Of a DNA stretch of 64,000 bases, positions 55,797 through 64,000 are shown piece by piece; positions within the stretch are counted from its first letter, which is position 1, and each line of letters begins with the position of its first letter. A program made the translations under genes and the position numbers. Under the pieces are notes generated by a model that was not told the DNA's origin, ran no database searches, and was given only the letters and a program-made list of their open reading frames with translations. Source of the stretch: Limisphaerales bacterium (lineage in GTDB: Bacteria; Verrucomicrobiota; Verrucomicrobiia; Limisphaerales; UBA11358); contig JBKQOA010000143.1 in assembly GCA_052145735.1 (NCBI GenBank), positions 21,916 through 85,915 of the forward strand, given 5' to 3'.

Positions 55797-56807
55797 ATGA
55801 AATCAAAAGTCACGCAGTTTACTGCCCTCTGCGGGCTAGCCATTGCCACAGCAAACGCGGTGGAACTCGTCACGACCGACAACTTCAATCGCGCCGAAAC
55901 CGACTTCTATTTCAAAAAGAAGGTAGACGATGGCATGTTCGGCAAGATTGTGCATGTTCGCGAGCCCGCTCCCATCGACAAACAACTGATCGTCCGCATG
56001 AATCGCGACACGCTCTATTCGTTCGGTGTGTTCGATCTCACGGAGCCGGTGACGATCGTCAAGCCGGACACCGGGAAGCGATTTCAGTCGATGGTCATTA
56101 TCAATGAGGACCACTACATCAAACTGGTGGCCTATGATCCGGGCGAGTATGTCCTGACCCGCGAGAAGATTGGCACGCGCTATGTCCAGGTCGCCTTCCG
56201 CACGCTCGTCAATCCAGGTGACAGTGAAGACATCAAGGCTGTCCACGCGATTCAGGACAAGATCATCGCCCGGTAGAGTTCTCCCGGCAGCTTTGAAATC
56301 CCGGAATGGGACCCAGTTTCGCAGAAGAAAGTCCGTGATGGTCTTCTGATGATGGGCAGCACTTTGACGGATAGCAAGAGAATGTTCGGCGATGTCGGCA
56401 ACGTGGATCCGATTCGCCACATGATCGGCACAGCGGGGGGCTTTGGTGGAAACCCGGAGAGCGATGCGATCTATTTGAATGTCTTTCCGGAGAAAAATGA
56501 CGGTAGTACGGCCTACGCGCTGAAAGTGAAAGATGTTCCGGTGGACGGCTTCTGGTCAGTGAGTGTGTATAACGCCGAGGGTTTCTTCGAGAAGAACGGG
56601 GCCAACGCCTATTCGTTCAATAACCTGACTGCGAAGAAGGACGGCGATGGCAGTGTGAAGATCCATTTCGGCGGCGACCCAAAACAGTCGAACTACATTC
56701 CGATCACCAAGGGCTGGAACTACACCGTGCGCCTCTATCGGCCCCGGAAGGAGATTCTCGATGGCTCGTGGAAGTTTCCTCAAGCCACACCAGCGAACAA
56801 CAATTAA
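55797..56807 (+). pseudogene. DUF1254/DUF1214 protein interrupted by a single in-frame TAG at 56274..56276
   Basis: The two ORFs (55797..56273 and 56277..56807) are in the same frame. The sequence runs ..AIQDKIIAR-TAG-SSPGSFEIPEWDP.., and homologs as I recall them carry Gln at this position (CAG to TAG). Confidence 0.7.
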
Positions 56808-56818
56808 CTCATACAATC

Positions 56819-59167
56819 ATGACTACAAAACGATCCTTCACGACCGCGATGTGCGGATTTTTCGTCGCAAGCGCCGGGGCCGCCGTTAACGACGGCTCGG
56901 TGCTGCCATTTACGCCGCCGCCCACGGCCAGCATCGCCAAACCGCGCCTGCAAGACTCGGTGATGAAGTGGCGCGTGGAACCGGACCGCCTCCCAACCAA
57001 CGCCCCAAACATTCTCATCATCCTCATTGATGACGTCGGCTTTGGCACGCCGGACACCTTTGGCGGTTTCGCCCACACGCCCACGCTCACCAAATTGCGC
57101 GACGAGGGCGTCTGCTACAATCGTTTCAACACCACGTCGATCTGTTCGCCCACCCGGGCGGCGTTGCTGACCGGGCGCAACCACCAGCGGGTCGGTTCCG
57201 GCACGATTGCCGAGCGCGCGGTGGATTTTGACGGTTACACCGGCATCATCCCGATGACGGCCGCCACCATTCCAGAAATTCTGCGCAACTACGGCTACAA
57301 GACCGCCGCCTTCGGCAAATGGCACAACACGCCCGCCGACCAGACCACCGCCATGGGGCCGTTCACTTACTGGCCCACCAGCTATGGTTTCGATTTTTTC
57401 TACGGTTTCCTTGCCGGCGAGACTTCCCAGTATGAGCCACGCCTTTTCCGAAACACTACTCCTATCGAGCCGCCGCACGATCCGCATTATCACCTGACCC
57501 AGGACATGGCCGACCAGGCGATCGGCTGGCTGAAAGAACATCGCGCCTACGCGCCGGACAAACCCTTCTTCATGTATTGGGCGCCGGGCGCGGCCCACGG
57601 TCCGCACCAGGTTTTCCAGGAATGGGCGGACGAGTATAAAGGCCACTTCGATCAGGGCTGGGACAAATTGCGCGAGGAAATTTTCGCCCGCCAGAAGGCG
57701 CTCGGCTGGATTCCGGCCGATGCCGAACTCACGCCGCGCGCCTCCACCATGCCGGCGTGGGACAGCATTCCCGAATCCGAACGCGCCTTCCAGATACGCC
57801 TCATGGAAGTGTTCGCCGGTTTCGTGGAACACACCGATGCCCAGGTCGGCAAGTTGGTTGATTATCTCGACGCCACCGGCCAGCGCGACAACACGCTTAT
57901 CTTTTACATCTGGGGTGACAACGGCTCATCGGCCGAAGGCCAGAACGGTTCCATCAGCGAACTGCTCGCCAATAACCAGATTCCCAACACCATCGCCCAG
58001 CAAATCGCGGCGATGAATGAACTGGGCGGGTTGAAGGCGCTCGGCGGGCCGCAGATGGACAACATGTATCACGCCGGCTGGGCTTGGGCTGGTGACACGC
58101 CGTTCAAATATACAAAGCTCATCGCCTCGCATTTCGGCGGCACTCGCAATCCACTCGTCGTTTCCTGGCCGGCCAAAATCAAACCGGACCCGACGCCGCG
58201 TTCGCAGTTCTATCATGTCAACGACGTCGCACCGACCATTTATGATCTGCTCGACATCAAACAGCCCAAGGTCGTCAATGGCTTCAAGCAGGATCCGATG
58301 GACGGCGTCAGCATGGCAGCGTCCTTCTTCAACCGCGCCGCGCCGGAGAACAATCATATTCAGTATTTCGACAACAACGGCAGCCGTGGCATCTACCACG
58401 ACGGCTGGTATGCCTGCACGTTCGGGCCGTTGATTCCGTGGTTAAACGCACAACCGGGACTCGCCGATTGGGATTCCGCCAAGAATGTCTGGGAACTCTA
58501 TGACTTGACCAAGGACTTTTCCCAGGCGCATGACCTGGCCGCCGAGAACCCGAACAAGCTCGCCGAACTCCAGAAACTTTTCTCCGCGCAGGCCAAGGAA
58601 AACCAGGTTTTCCCGATCGGCGCCGGCATCTGGTTGCGCCTGCATCCGGAGGACATCAAGACTACGCCTTACAAGAGCTGGATTTTTGATGACACCACCA
58701 CCCGTATGCCGGAGTTCACCGCACCGGGGATCGGCAAAAAGAGCAACACCGTGACCATTGACCTCGAAACCGGCGAAAATGCCAGCGGTGTGCTCTACGC
58801 GCTTGGTGGTGCCGGTGGGGGACTCACTTGCTACATGGACAATGGTTACCTTTGTTATGAATACAACCTGATGATCATCGAGCGTTACCTCGCGAAGTCG
58901 CCGGACAAGCTGACGCCCGGCAAACACCAGATCGTCGTGGATACCACCATCGCCAAACCCGGCGCGCCGGGCGAGGTGGTTTTGTCCGTGGACGGGAAGG
59001 AAGTCGCCCGCGCGAGCTTGAAACGCACCGTGCCCGCTTTATTTACCGCCAGCGAAACTTTCGATGTGGGCGTGGATCTCGGCTCGCCAGTTTCCCGCGA
59101 CTACTTTGATCGTGCTCCGTTCAAGTTCGACGGCAAGCTCAGCCAGGTGAAGGTGGAGCTGAAATAG
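56819..59167 (+). CDS. Arylsulfatase, long form (Cys-type)
   Basis: NILIILIDDVGFG and CSPTRAALLTGRNHQ. C-terminal domain collinear with 5418..7946. Confidence 0.9.
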   Translation: MTTKRSFTTAMCGFFVASAGAAVNDGSVLPFTPPPTASIAKPRLQDSVMKWRVEPDRLPTNAPNILIILIDDVGFGTPDTFGGFAHTPTLTKLRDEGVCYNRFNTTSICSPTRAALLTGRNHQRVGSGTIAERAVDFDGYTGIIPMTAATIPEILRNYGYKTAAFGKWHNTPADQTTAMGPFTYWPTSYGFDFFYGFLAGETSQYEPRLFRNTTPIEPPHDPHYHLTQDMADQAIGWLKEHRAYAPDKPFFMYWAPGAAHGPHQVFQEWADEYKGHFDQGWDKLREEIFARQKALGWIPADAELTPRASTMPAWDSIPESERAFQIRLMEVFAGFVEHTDAQVGKLVDYLDATGQRDNTLIFYIWGDNGSSAEGQNGSISELLANNQIPNTIAQQIAAMNELGGLKALGGPQMDNMYHAGWAWAGDTPFKYTKLIASHFGGTRNPLVVSWPAKIKPDPTPRSQFYHVNDVAPTIYDLLDIKQPKVVNGFKQDPMDGVSMAASFFNRAAPENNHIQYFDNNGSRGIYHDGWYACTFGPLIPWLNAQPGLADWDSAKNVWELYDLTKDFSQAHDLAAENPNKLAELQKLFSAQAKENQVFPIGAGIWLRLHPEDIKTTPYKSWIFDDTTTRMPEFTAPGIGKKSNTVTIDLETGENASGVLYALGGAGGGLTCYMDNGYLCYEYNLMIIERYLAKSPDKLTPGKHQIVVDTTIAKPGAPGEVVLSVDGKEVARASLKRTVPALFTASETFDVGVDLGSPVSRDYFDRAPFKFDGKLSQVKVELK

Positions 59168-59213
59168 CAACTTTTGATCCGATGACTGCGATTTTTATCA
59201 CCAAACCACAACC
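59158..59213 (+). promoter_or_regulatory. Conserved intergenic block with sigma70-like promoter (TTGATC-16nt-TATCAC), copy 1
   Basis: tgaaatagcaacttttgatccgatgactgcgatttttatcaccaaaccacaacca aligns with 60562..60617. Confidence 0.45.
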
Positions 59214-60569
59214 ATGAAAACCACACGCACGCAAAATCTCATCGTCGCCGCCCTGTGCGGCCTCCCGATGCTTGCGCTCAATGCGCAGACGCCGTCGCCC
59301 GCCGCGGCGGTGACGCTCTTCACCAACGTCCGCGTCTTCGACGGCAAAAGCGCCGCGCTTTCCGCGCCCGAAAACGTCCTCGTGCGCGGGAACAAGATTG
59401 AAAAAATCTCCGCGCAGCCGATCCCGACCGACAAACGCGGCGATACGGTGATCATTGACGGCGCGGGCAAGACGTTGATGCCCGGGCTGATTGACGCGCA
59501 CACGCACGTGATGTTTGCCACGTTGGCGAATTCGGCACTGCTCACCAGCGACATCGGTTTTATCAACGTCAACGCCGTGAAGACCGCGAACGACATGCTG
59601 ATGCGCGGCTTCACCAGCATCCGCGACATGGGCGGGCCGGTCTTCGGGCTAAAGCTCGGCATTGACCGGGGGATGGTGCCCGGGCCGCGCATCTGGCCGA
59701 GCGGGGCGATGATTTCCCAGACCGGCGGGCATGGCGATTTCCGCCTGCCGAACGAACTCCCCGCCGCACCCGGCACGTTTTCCTACAGCGAACGCATCGG
59801 TGCCGCCGCCATCGCGGATGATGCCGACACGGTTCGCAAACGCGCGCGCGAGCAACTGGCGCTGGGCGCGTCGCAGATCAAGCTCATGGCCGGCGGCGGC
59901 GTCGCCTCGAATTACGATCCGCTGGATGTCACGCAATTCACCGTCGAGGAGGTGCGCGCCGCCGTGGAAGCGGCGGAGAACTGGGGCACCTACGTCACCG
60001 TCCACGCCTACACGCCGCGCGCCGTGCGGCAAAGCATCGAGGCCGGGGTGAAGTGCATCGAGCACGGCCAGTTGCTCGACGACTCGACCGCGAAGCTGAT
60101 GGCGGAGAAGGGAATTTGGTGGAGCCTGCAACCCTTCACCGATGACCGCCCGTCCGCTTTCGCCGAAGGCACGCCCAACCGGATCAAACAACTGACGATG
60201 TATGACGGCACGGACACTGCCTACAAGCTGGCGAAGAAATACAGGATCAAGACCGCGTGGGGCACGGATGTTTTGTTCAACACCGAAGGCTTGAAAGCCC
60301 AGAGCGAGATGCTCGCGATCATGACCCGCTGGTATTCGCCCGCCGAGGCGCTGAAGATGGCCACGGCCGACAACGCGGAACTCCTCGCGCTCTCCGGCCC
60401 GCGCAATCCGTATCCCGGCAAGCTCGGCGTCGTCCAGGAAGGCGCGCTCGCCGACCTGCTGCTGGTGGACGGCGATCCGCTGGCAAACTACAACCTCGTC
60501 GGCGACCCGGACAAAAACTTTCTTGTCATCATGAAGGACGGGAAGATTTACAAGGACGCGTTGAAATAG
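59214..60569 (+). CDS. Amidohydrolase-family metal-dependent hydrolase (secreted)
   Basis: LMPGLIDAHTHV metal-binding motif, VTVHAYT and CIEHG. Signal peptide MKTTRTQNL. Confidence 0.8.
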   Translation: MKTTRTQNLIVAALCGLPMLALNAQTPSPAAAVTLFTNVRVFDGKSAALSAPENVLVRGNKIEKISAQPIPTDKRGDTVIIDGAGKTLMPGLIDAHTHVMFATLANSALLTSDIGFINVNAVKTANDMLMRGFTSIRDMGGPVFGLKLGIDRGMVPGPRIWPSGAMISQTGGHGDFRLPNELPAAPGTFSYSERIGAAAIADDADTVRKRAREQLALGASQIKLMAGGGVASNYDPLDVTQFTVEEVRAAVEAAENWGTYVTVHAYTPRAVRQSIEAGVKCIEHGQLLDDSTAKLMAEKGIWWSLQPFTDDRPSAFAEGTPNRIKQLTMYDGTDTAYKLAKKYRIKTAWGTDVLFNTEGLKAQSEMLAIMTRWYSPAEALKMATADNAELLALSGPRNPYPGKLGVVQEGALADLLLVDGDPLANYNLVGDPDKNFLVIMKDGKIYKDALK

Positions 60570-60617
60570 CATCCTTTGAACCGACCATGACATTTTTTAT
60601 CACCCAACCACAACCAA
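60562..60617 (+). promoter_or_regulatory. Conserved intergenic block with sigma70-like promoter (TTGAAC-16nt-TATCAC), copy 2
   Basis: tgaaatagcatcctttgaaccgaccatgacattttttatcacccaaccacaacca. Confidence 0.45.
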
Positions 60618-60636
60618 TAAACCTATAAAAAAACAC

Positions 60637-61290
60637 ATGACCACCATCCTCAAACTTCAACTCATTGCCTGCGCAACCGCGGCCGTGCTGCTTTCCGGCT
60701 GCGCGTCCAAGGGCTATGACAAATCCGCCGCCACCGGAACGGCCTTGCAAACCACCGCGGCACAAATCTACCAGGGCAATGCTCAACTGACCCTGGTGAT
60801 GGCCAGCCTGAACAACCTGGTGGAACGTCCGCAAGCCGACTTGCGCCCGCAATTTGACAAGTTCACCGCTGACCTCAACCAGCTGCAATCGCTGGCGTCG
60901 GACGTGAACGACAAGGCCACCGACATGCAGGCCAAGGGCCAGGATTACTTCAAGGACTGGAACGAGCAACTGGCCTTGATCAAAAACGAAGATGTCCGCA
61001 CGCGCAGCGCGAAACGGGCAAAGGAAGTGGAAACGAAATTCATCGCCCTCAATGGCAGCTATCAGGAGGCGAAAACCGCGTTCAAACCGTTCATGGCGGA
61101 CTTGCAGGACATCAAAACCGCCCTGGGCAATGACCTGACACCTGCTGGAATCGACGCCATCAAAAAGACCGTGGCCAAGGCCAACAAGGAAGCCAAGCCG
61201 CTTAAAAAGACCATCAAAAAGTTGGGCGACGATTTCAAGTCTCTCGGCGTTTCCATGTCGCCGACGACTCCGCCGGCTACCGCCAAGTGA
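60637..61290 (+). CDS. DUF2959-like helical lipoprotein (paralog 2 of 2)
   Basis: Lipobox LSGCAS. LNNLVERPQADLRPQ, DYFKDWNEQLALIKNEDVRTRSAKR and FKPFMADLQDIKTALGNDLTPAG match 23174..23836. Confidence 0.55.
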   Translation: MTTILKLQLIACATAAVLLSGCASKGYDKSAATGTALQTTAAQIYQGNAQLTLVMASLNNLVERPQADLRPQFDKFTADLNQLQSLASDVNDKATDMQAKGQDYFKDWNEQLALIKNEDVRTRSAKRAKEVETKFIALNGSYQEAKTAFKPFMADLQDIKTALGNDLTPAGIDAIKKTVAKANKEAKPLKKTIKKLGDDFKSLGVSMSPTTPPATAK

Positions 61291-61457
61291 TGCGTTCAAA
61301 TCTACGATAAATCTTATCGCTGTCGTATCGGCGCAGCGCGCAGGTCAAGGTTCCACTTCGCGCTGCGCCCTTTCGTTCAGGTTCTGTTGACAGCCACAGG
61401 CAATGGCTGAATGGCTGGCAGGGTTGCTGTGAAGTGACCGTCCCAACAGTTCTTCGA

Positions 61458-61535
61458 TCGGAGGGGCGAGTTACACGAGCCCCCATTGGCAAAGGATTTC
61501 ATCAGTCAGGGGGCTCGCAGAGCTCGCCCCTCCGA
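61458..61535. repeat. REP-like long hairpin
   Basis: TCGGAGGGGCGAG..GAGCCCCC pairs with GGGGGCTC..CTCGCCCCTCCGA. It shares the GGGGCGAG/CTCGCCCC core with 2502..2578 and 11899..11909. Confidence 0.6.
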
Positions 61536-61561
61536 AAGTTTTGAGACAAACTTGTGAACGC

Positions 61562-62578
61562 ATGAACTGGTGCATTTCCAATGAAGACGGACCTTCGATC
61601 ATCCGCAAACGGTCGCGGAGGAAAATCAGGAGGTTACTGTTTCGATGCGCGTTCTTTCTTTTGTTTGCCGGATGGACAACTTGGGCCCAATTGCCGCCCG
61701 GGGCGTTGCAGCAACTGGACACGGCGATTGGCCAGCGCGTCGAGGCCACGGCCGTGCTCGGCACCCAGAACATCGCCTCCCGCGCCGGCCTCGGCTGGTC
61801 GTTGAACGGCGCGGACGGCAGCATCTACAAAATCCCGTGGAGTTTCGAAGTATGGGACCCGGCTCCCTTGGGCGACACCGGCTTACGGTGGACGCCGACA
61901 ATCGACGGCGGACTCGGCTACGGCTGGTTTATCAATCACTTCCAGAACAATGCGCTGGCCGGAAACGAATCCGATTTCAGCACGGCGGCGCTCGCGCTGA
62001 GCACGGGACCGAGGTTTTATTTCAGCAACAGCGGCTTCAGCGTGCTGCCCGCCTTTGGCCTCCTGTATGCCTACACCGACAATGATTTCGACGCGCACAA
62101 TGCCCTGGGCCGGCAGGTCGTTGCCGACGGACGATATGTCAACTGGAACGTCCAAACCCTCTCCCTCGTGCCGTCGTTCGAGATTCTGTACAAAAAAACA
62201 TTCGGGCGCTGGACGCCAAAATTCACCTCGGCCTTCGCCTACTACAACACCCAGCCCATCAGCCGTTCGACGGACGCGCTAAGCTTTCGCAGCGATTCGA
62301 AGGTGTGGGCCAACAAGTTCGACCTTGATTATCTCACCCCATGGAAGGTGCAGGATTGCCCGTTGCATTTCGGCGGCGATGTCGGCCGCACCGACCTGTA
62401 TCAGGGGCTGCGCGGCGCGTTGGGAACCGACCATTATTACGAAACCGACGGGCGCGTGACCCTCGATGTGTTGGGCCGGCTCTGGAAGATCAAATCCGTC
62501 GGCCTCAGCGGCGGCTATTTCTGGTGCGGTGCCTTCACCGGCTATTCCATCGGGTTGGAAGGGTCGATGAAATTTTGA
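61562..62578 (+). CDS. Predicted outer-membrane beta-barrel (copy 3 of 3, close paralog of 31112..32092)
   Basis: Same family as 31112..32092, with a tract of near-identical DNA. Ends ..GLEGSMKF. The start is uncertain (TTG 61541 or ATG 61562). Confidence 0.65.
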   Translation: MNWCISNEDGPSIIRKRSRRKIRRLLFRCAFFLLFAGWTTWAQLPPGALQQLDTAIGQRVEATAVLGTQNIASRAGLGWSLNGADGSIYKIPWSFEVWDPAPLGDTGLRWTPTIDGGLGYGWFINHFQNNALAGNESDFSTAALALSTGPRFYFSNSGFSVLPAFGLLYAYTDNDFDAHNALGRQVVADGRYVNWNVQTLSLVPSFEILYKKTFGRWTPKFTSAFAYYNTQPISRSTDALSFRSDSKVWANKFDLDYLTPWKVQDCPLHFGGDVGRTDLYQGLRGALGTDHYYETDGRVTLDVLGRLWKIKSVGLSGGYFWCGAFTGYSIGLEGSMKF

Positions 62579-62615
62579 AGCGGAAGGTTGTTTTCTCCAG
62601 GAATCCCAAACTACA

Positions 62616-63158
62616 ATGAAATTCATGAAGCCCATCATCGGCTGTTTGCTGGTCACCGGCGCCGTATTGCTCGCAGGCGGTTGTGCCTCGCCCAACCTTG
62701 ATCCCGCCAGCGCCCGGTCCCACACCGGTTACGTGGATTTTTATGCCGTCAACGCGGACGATTTGTGCTGGGACATCACCGACGTCAAACGGAACAAAAA
62801 GGTTTTTTACGAATTCAATCCGGTGAAGGAACCGATCCTGCGGCTGGCGTTCAAGCCGGGGCAATACCAGTTGCGCGTGACCTTTCTGAACCATGTCGTC
62901 GTCCAGCCGGGCGTGGCGGATGTGGAAGTCCAGGATGGCTGGGTCACGCCGGTGACGGTGACGTTGTTGCCGGCGGGCACGGCGCTTGTCCAAACCAGCA
63001 GCGGGAAGGCGGGAACAACGTATTATGGCCGCTACGGCCGGCGGACAAAAATCAAAAGCAACGAGGCGGTCAGTTATGAGGTCAGCGCCGAACCGCAACC
63101 GCCGGTGCCGTTCCAGCCCCGGGCGCAGATGCCCTACGTCGTGGCGCCGAAAGATTAA
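62616..63158 (+). CDS. Lipoprotein, unknown function
   Basis: Lipobox LLAGGCAS and a beta-rich body. Confidence 0.55.
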   Translation: MKFMKPIIGCLLVTGAVLLAGGCASPNLDPASARSHTGYVDFYAVNADDLCWDITDVKRNKKVFYEFNPVKEPILRLAFKPGQYQLRVTFLNHVVVQPGVADVEVQDGWVTPVTVTLLPAGTALVQTSSGKAGTTYYGRYGRRTKIKSNEAVSYEVSAEPQPPVPFQPRAQMPYVVAPKD

Positions 63159-63191
63159 GTGACCGGCTAAACAATTTCCCCGGTTCCTGAC

Positions 63192-64000
63192 TTAATCGTC
63201 TCCGCCCTTGCCCTTTTCCACCTCCGCCCGCAGCAAATCGTGGAGCGTGACCAGGCCGATGACCTTGCCGTCCGGACGATCCAGCACGACGACAAACTGG
63301 CTGGCGGATTCGATCAACAGGTGTTGCAGGTCGCGGATGGTCTGCTCGCGCCGACAGGTGGTGGCCGGCTCCAGTTTGGGCGCGCGCTGCTCCGCCAGGG
63401 CCAGCCCGGCTTCCTTGCGGGCGAGGATGCCAACCAGCCGGCCATTCTGCTCCACCGGAAAACGCTGATACGGATGCGCCTTTAACACGGCCTGAATTTC
63501 CGCGGCGTCCAGGCCGCGCAACGTCACCGGCTGGAAGCTGGCGATGGCGGACACGGGCAGTTGCTGCCAGCTTTGCAAATCGCGCGGTGGCCGGACGTGT
63601 TCAAGCTGGTGTCCGTCCTGGGTCAGCAGGGCGTCGTAGAAATTCTGGCGGTTCAGCTTGCGGCTGATGGCCTGGCTCACCAGTGCGCCGATCATCAGGA
63701 CCGGCACCAGCGCAAACTGGTGCGTCATTTCAAACACGATGAGGATGCCCGTGACCGGCGCGCCCACCACCGCCCCCAGGCAGGCGCTCATGCCCACCAC
63801 AATCAGCGTCAATGAGTCAACGTGCGTCATCGGCCATTCCAATCCCACCAGCCCCGCTGCCAACGCGCCCGTCATGCCGCCAAAGAACAGCGCCGGTGAA
63901 AAAATTCCGCCGCAACCGCCGAAACCATAGCAACAAAACGTGGCAATGAACTTGGCGACCAGCAGCCCCGCCGCCAGCTGCCAGCCAATGTCACCCGCCA
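63192..64000 (-). CDS. ClC-family chloride channel/antiporter, C-terminal part with a CBS pair (5' end beyond the window)
   Basis: The frame stays open upstream of the listed Met to the window edge and encodes GGIFSPALFFGG. GAPVTGILIVFEMT is followed by two CBS-like repeats. Confidence 0.85.
   Translation of the reverse strand, partial: AGDIGWQLAAGLLVAKFIATFCCYGFGGCGGIFSPALFFGGMTGALAAGLVGLEWPMTHVDSLTLIVVGMSACLGAVVGAPVTGILIVFEMTHQFALVPVLMIGALVSQAISRKLNRQNFYDALLTQDGHQLEHVRPPRDLQSWQQLPVSAIASFQPVTLRGLDAAEIQAVLKAHPYQRFPVEQNGRLVGILARKEAGLALAEQRAPKLEPATTCRREQTIRDLQHLLIESASQFVVVLDRPDGKVIGLVTLHDLLRAEVEKGKGGDD

Noticed and set aside
1-64000. Search for mobile-element genes (transposase, integrase, phage structural genes) that could explain the cassette shuffling
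   Set aside because: No ORF in any frame showed DDE, tyrosine- or serine-recombinase or phage hallmark motifs that I could recognise. Mobility is therefore inferred only from repeats, not from a mobile-element feature.

Overview
High-G+C bacterial chromosomal segment. I call about 62 protein-coding features, and all are on the + strand except a small restriction-modification/toxin-antitoxin islet (9.7-11.5 kb) and the last gene. I found no rRNA, tRNA, CRISPR array, transposase or integrase. Content in order: (i) six Cys-type sulfatase genes (one frameshifted) plus an anaerobic sulfatase-maturating radical-SAM enzyme; (ii) many paralogous envelope proteins (DUF4410-like, DUF2959-like and DUF3313-like lipoproteins, several beta-barrel families); (iii) a 7TM-PAS histidine kinase with two response regulators; (iv) a YqjD/YqjE/YqjK-like operon; (v) a split PqiA-PqiA-PqiB-PqiC (MCE) operon; (vi) an RND efflux operon interrupted by PPK2; (vii) two cation/proton antiporters, a K+ channel and a ClC channel. 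The sulfatase load, A/C-rich leaders and dense intergenic palindromes suggest a Verrucomicrobiota- or Planctomycetota-like organism; this is inference only. The best candidate for an undescribed system is a duplicated, translationally coupled cassette: a ~470-aa helical lipoprotein with a C-terminal TM anchor plus a ~330-aa predicted beta-barrel. One copy is fused to the yqjDEK-like operon. The other sits directly in front of pqiA-pqiA-pqiB-pqiC in an eight-gene operon. A third, nearly identical barrel copy is elsewhere. Other notable items are a 67-aa two-helix hydrophobic insertion inside one sulfatase, a portable 5' leader/signal-peptide cassette shared by unrelated genes, families of CAGT-rich and REP-like palindromic intergenic elements, three gene disruptions (two frameshifts, one in-frame TAG), and a secreted HAD plus 2H-phosphoesterase fusion. 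All family assignments come from motif recognition by eye. No database search was run.
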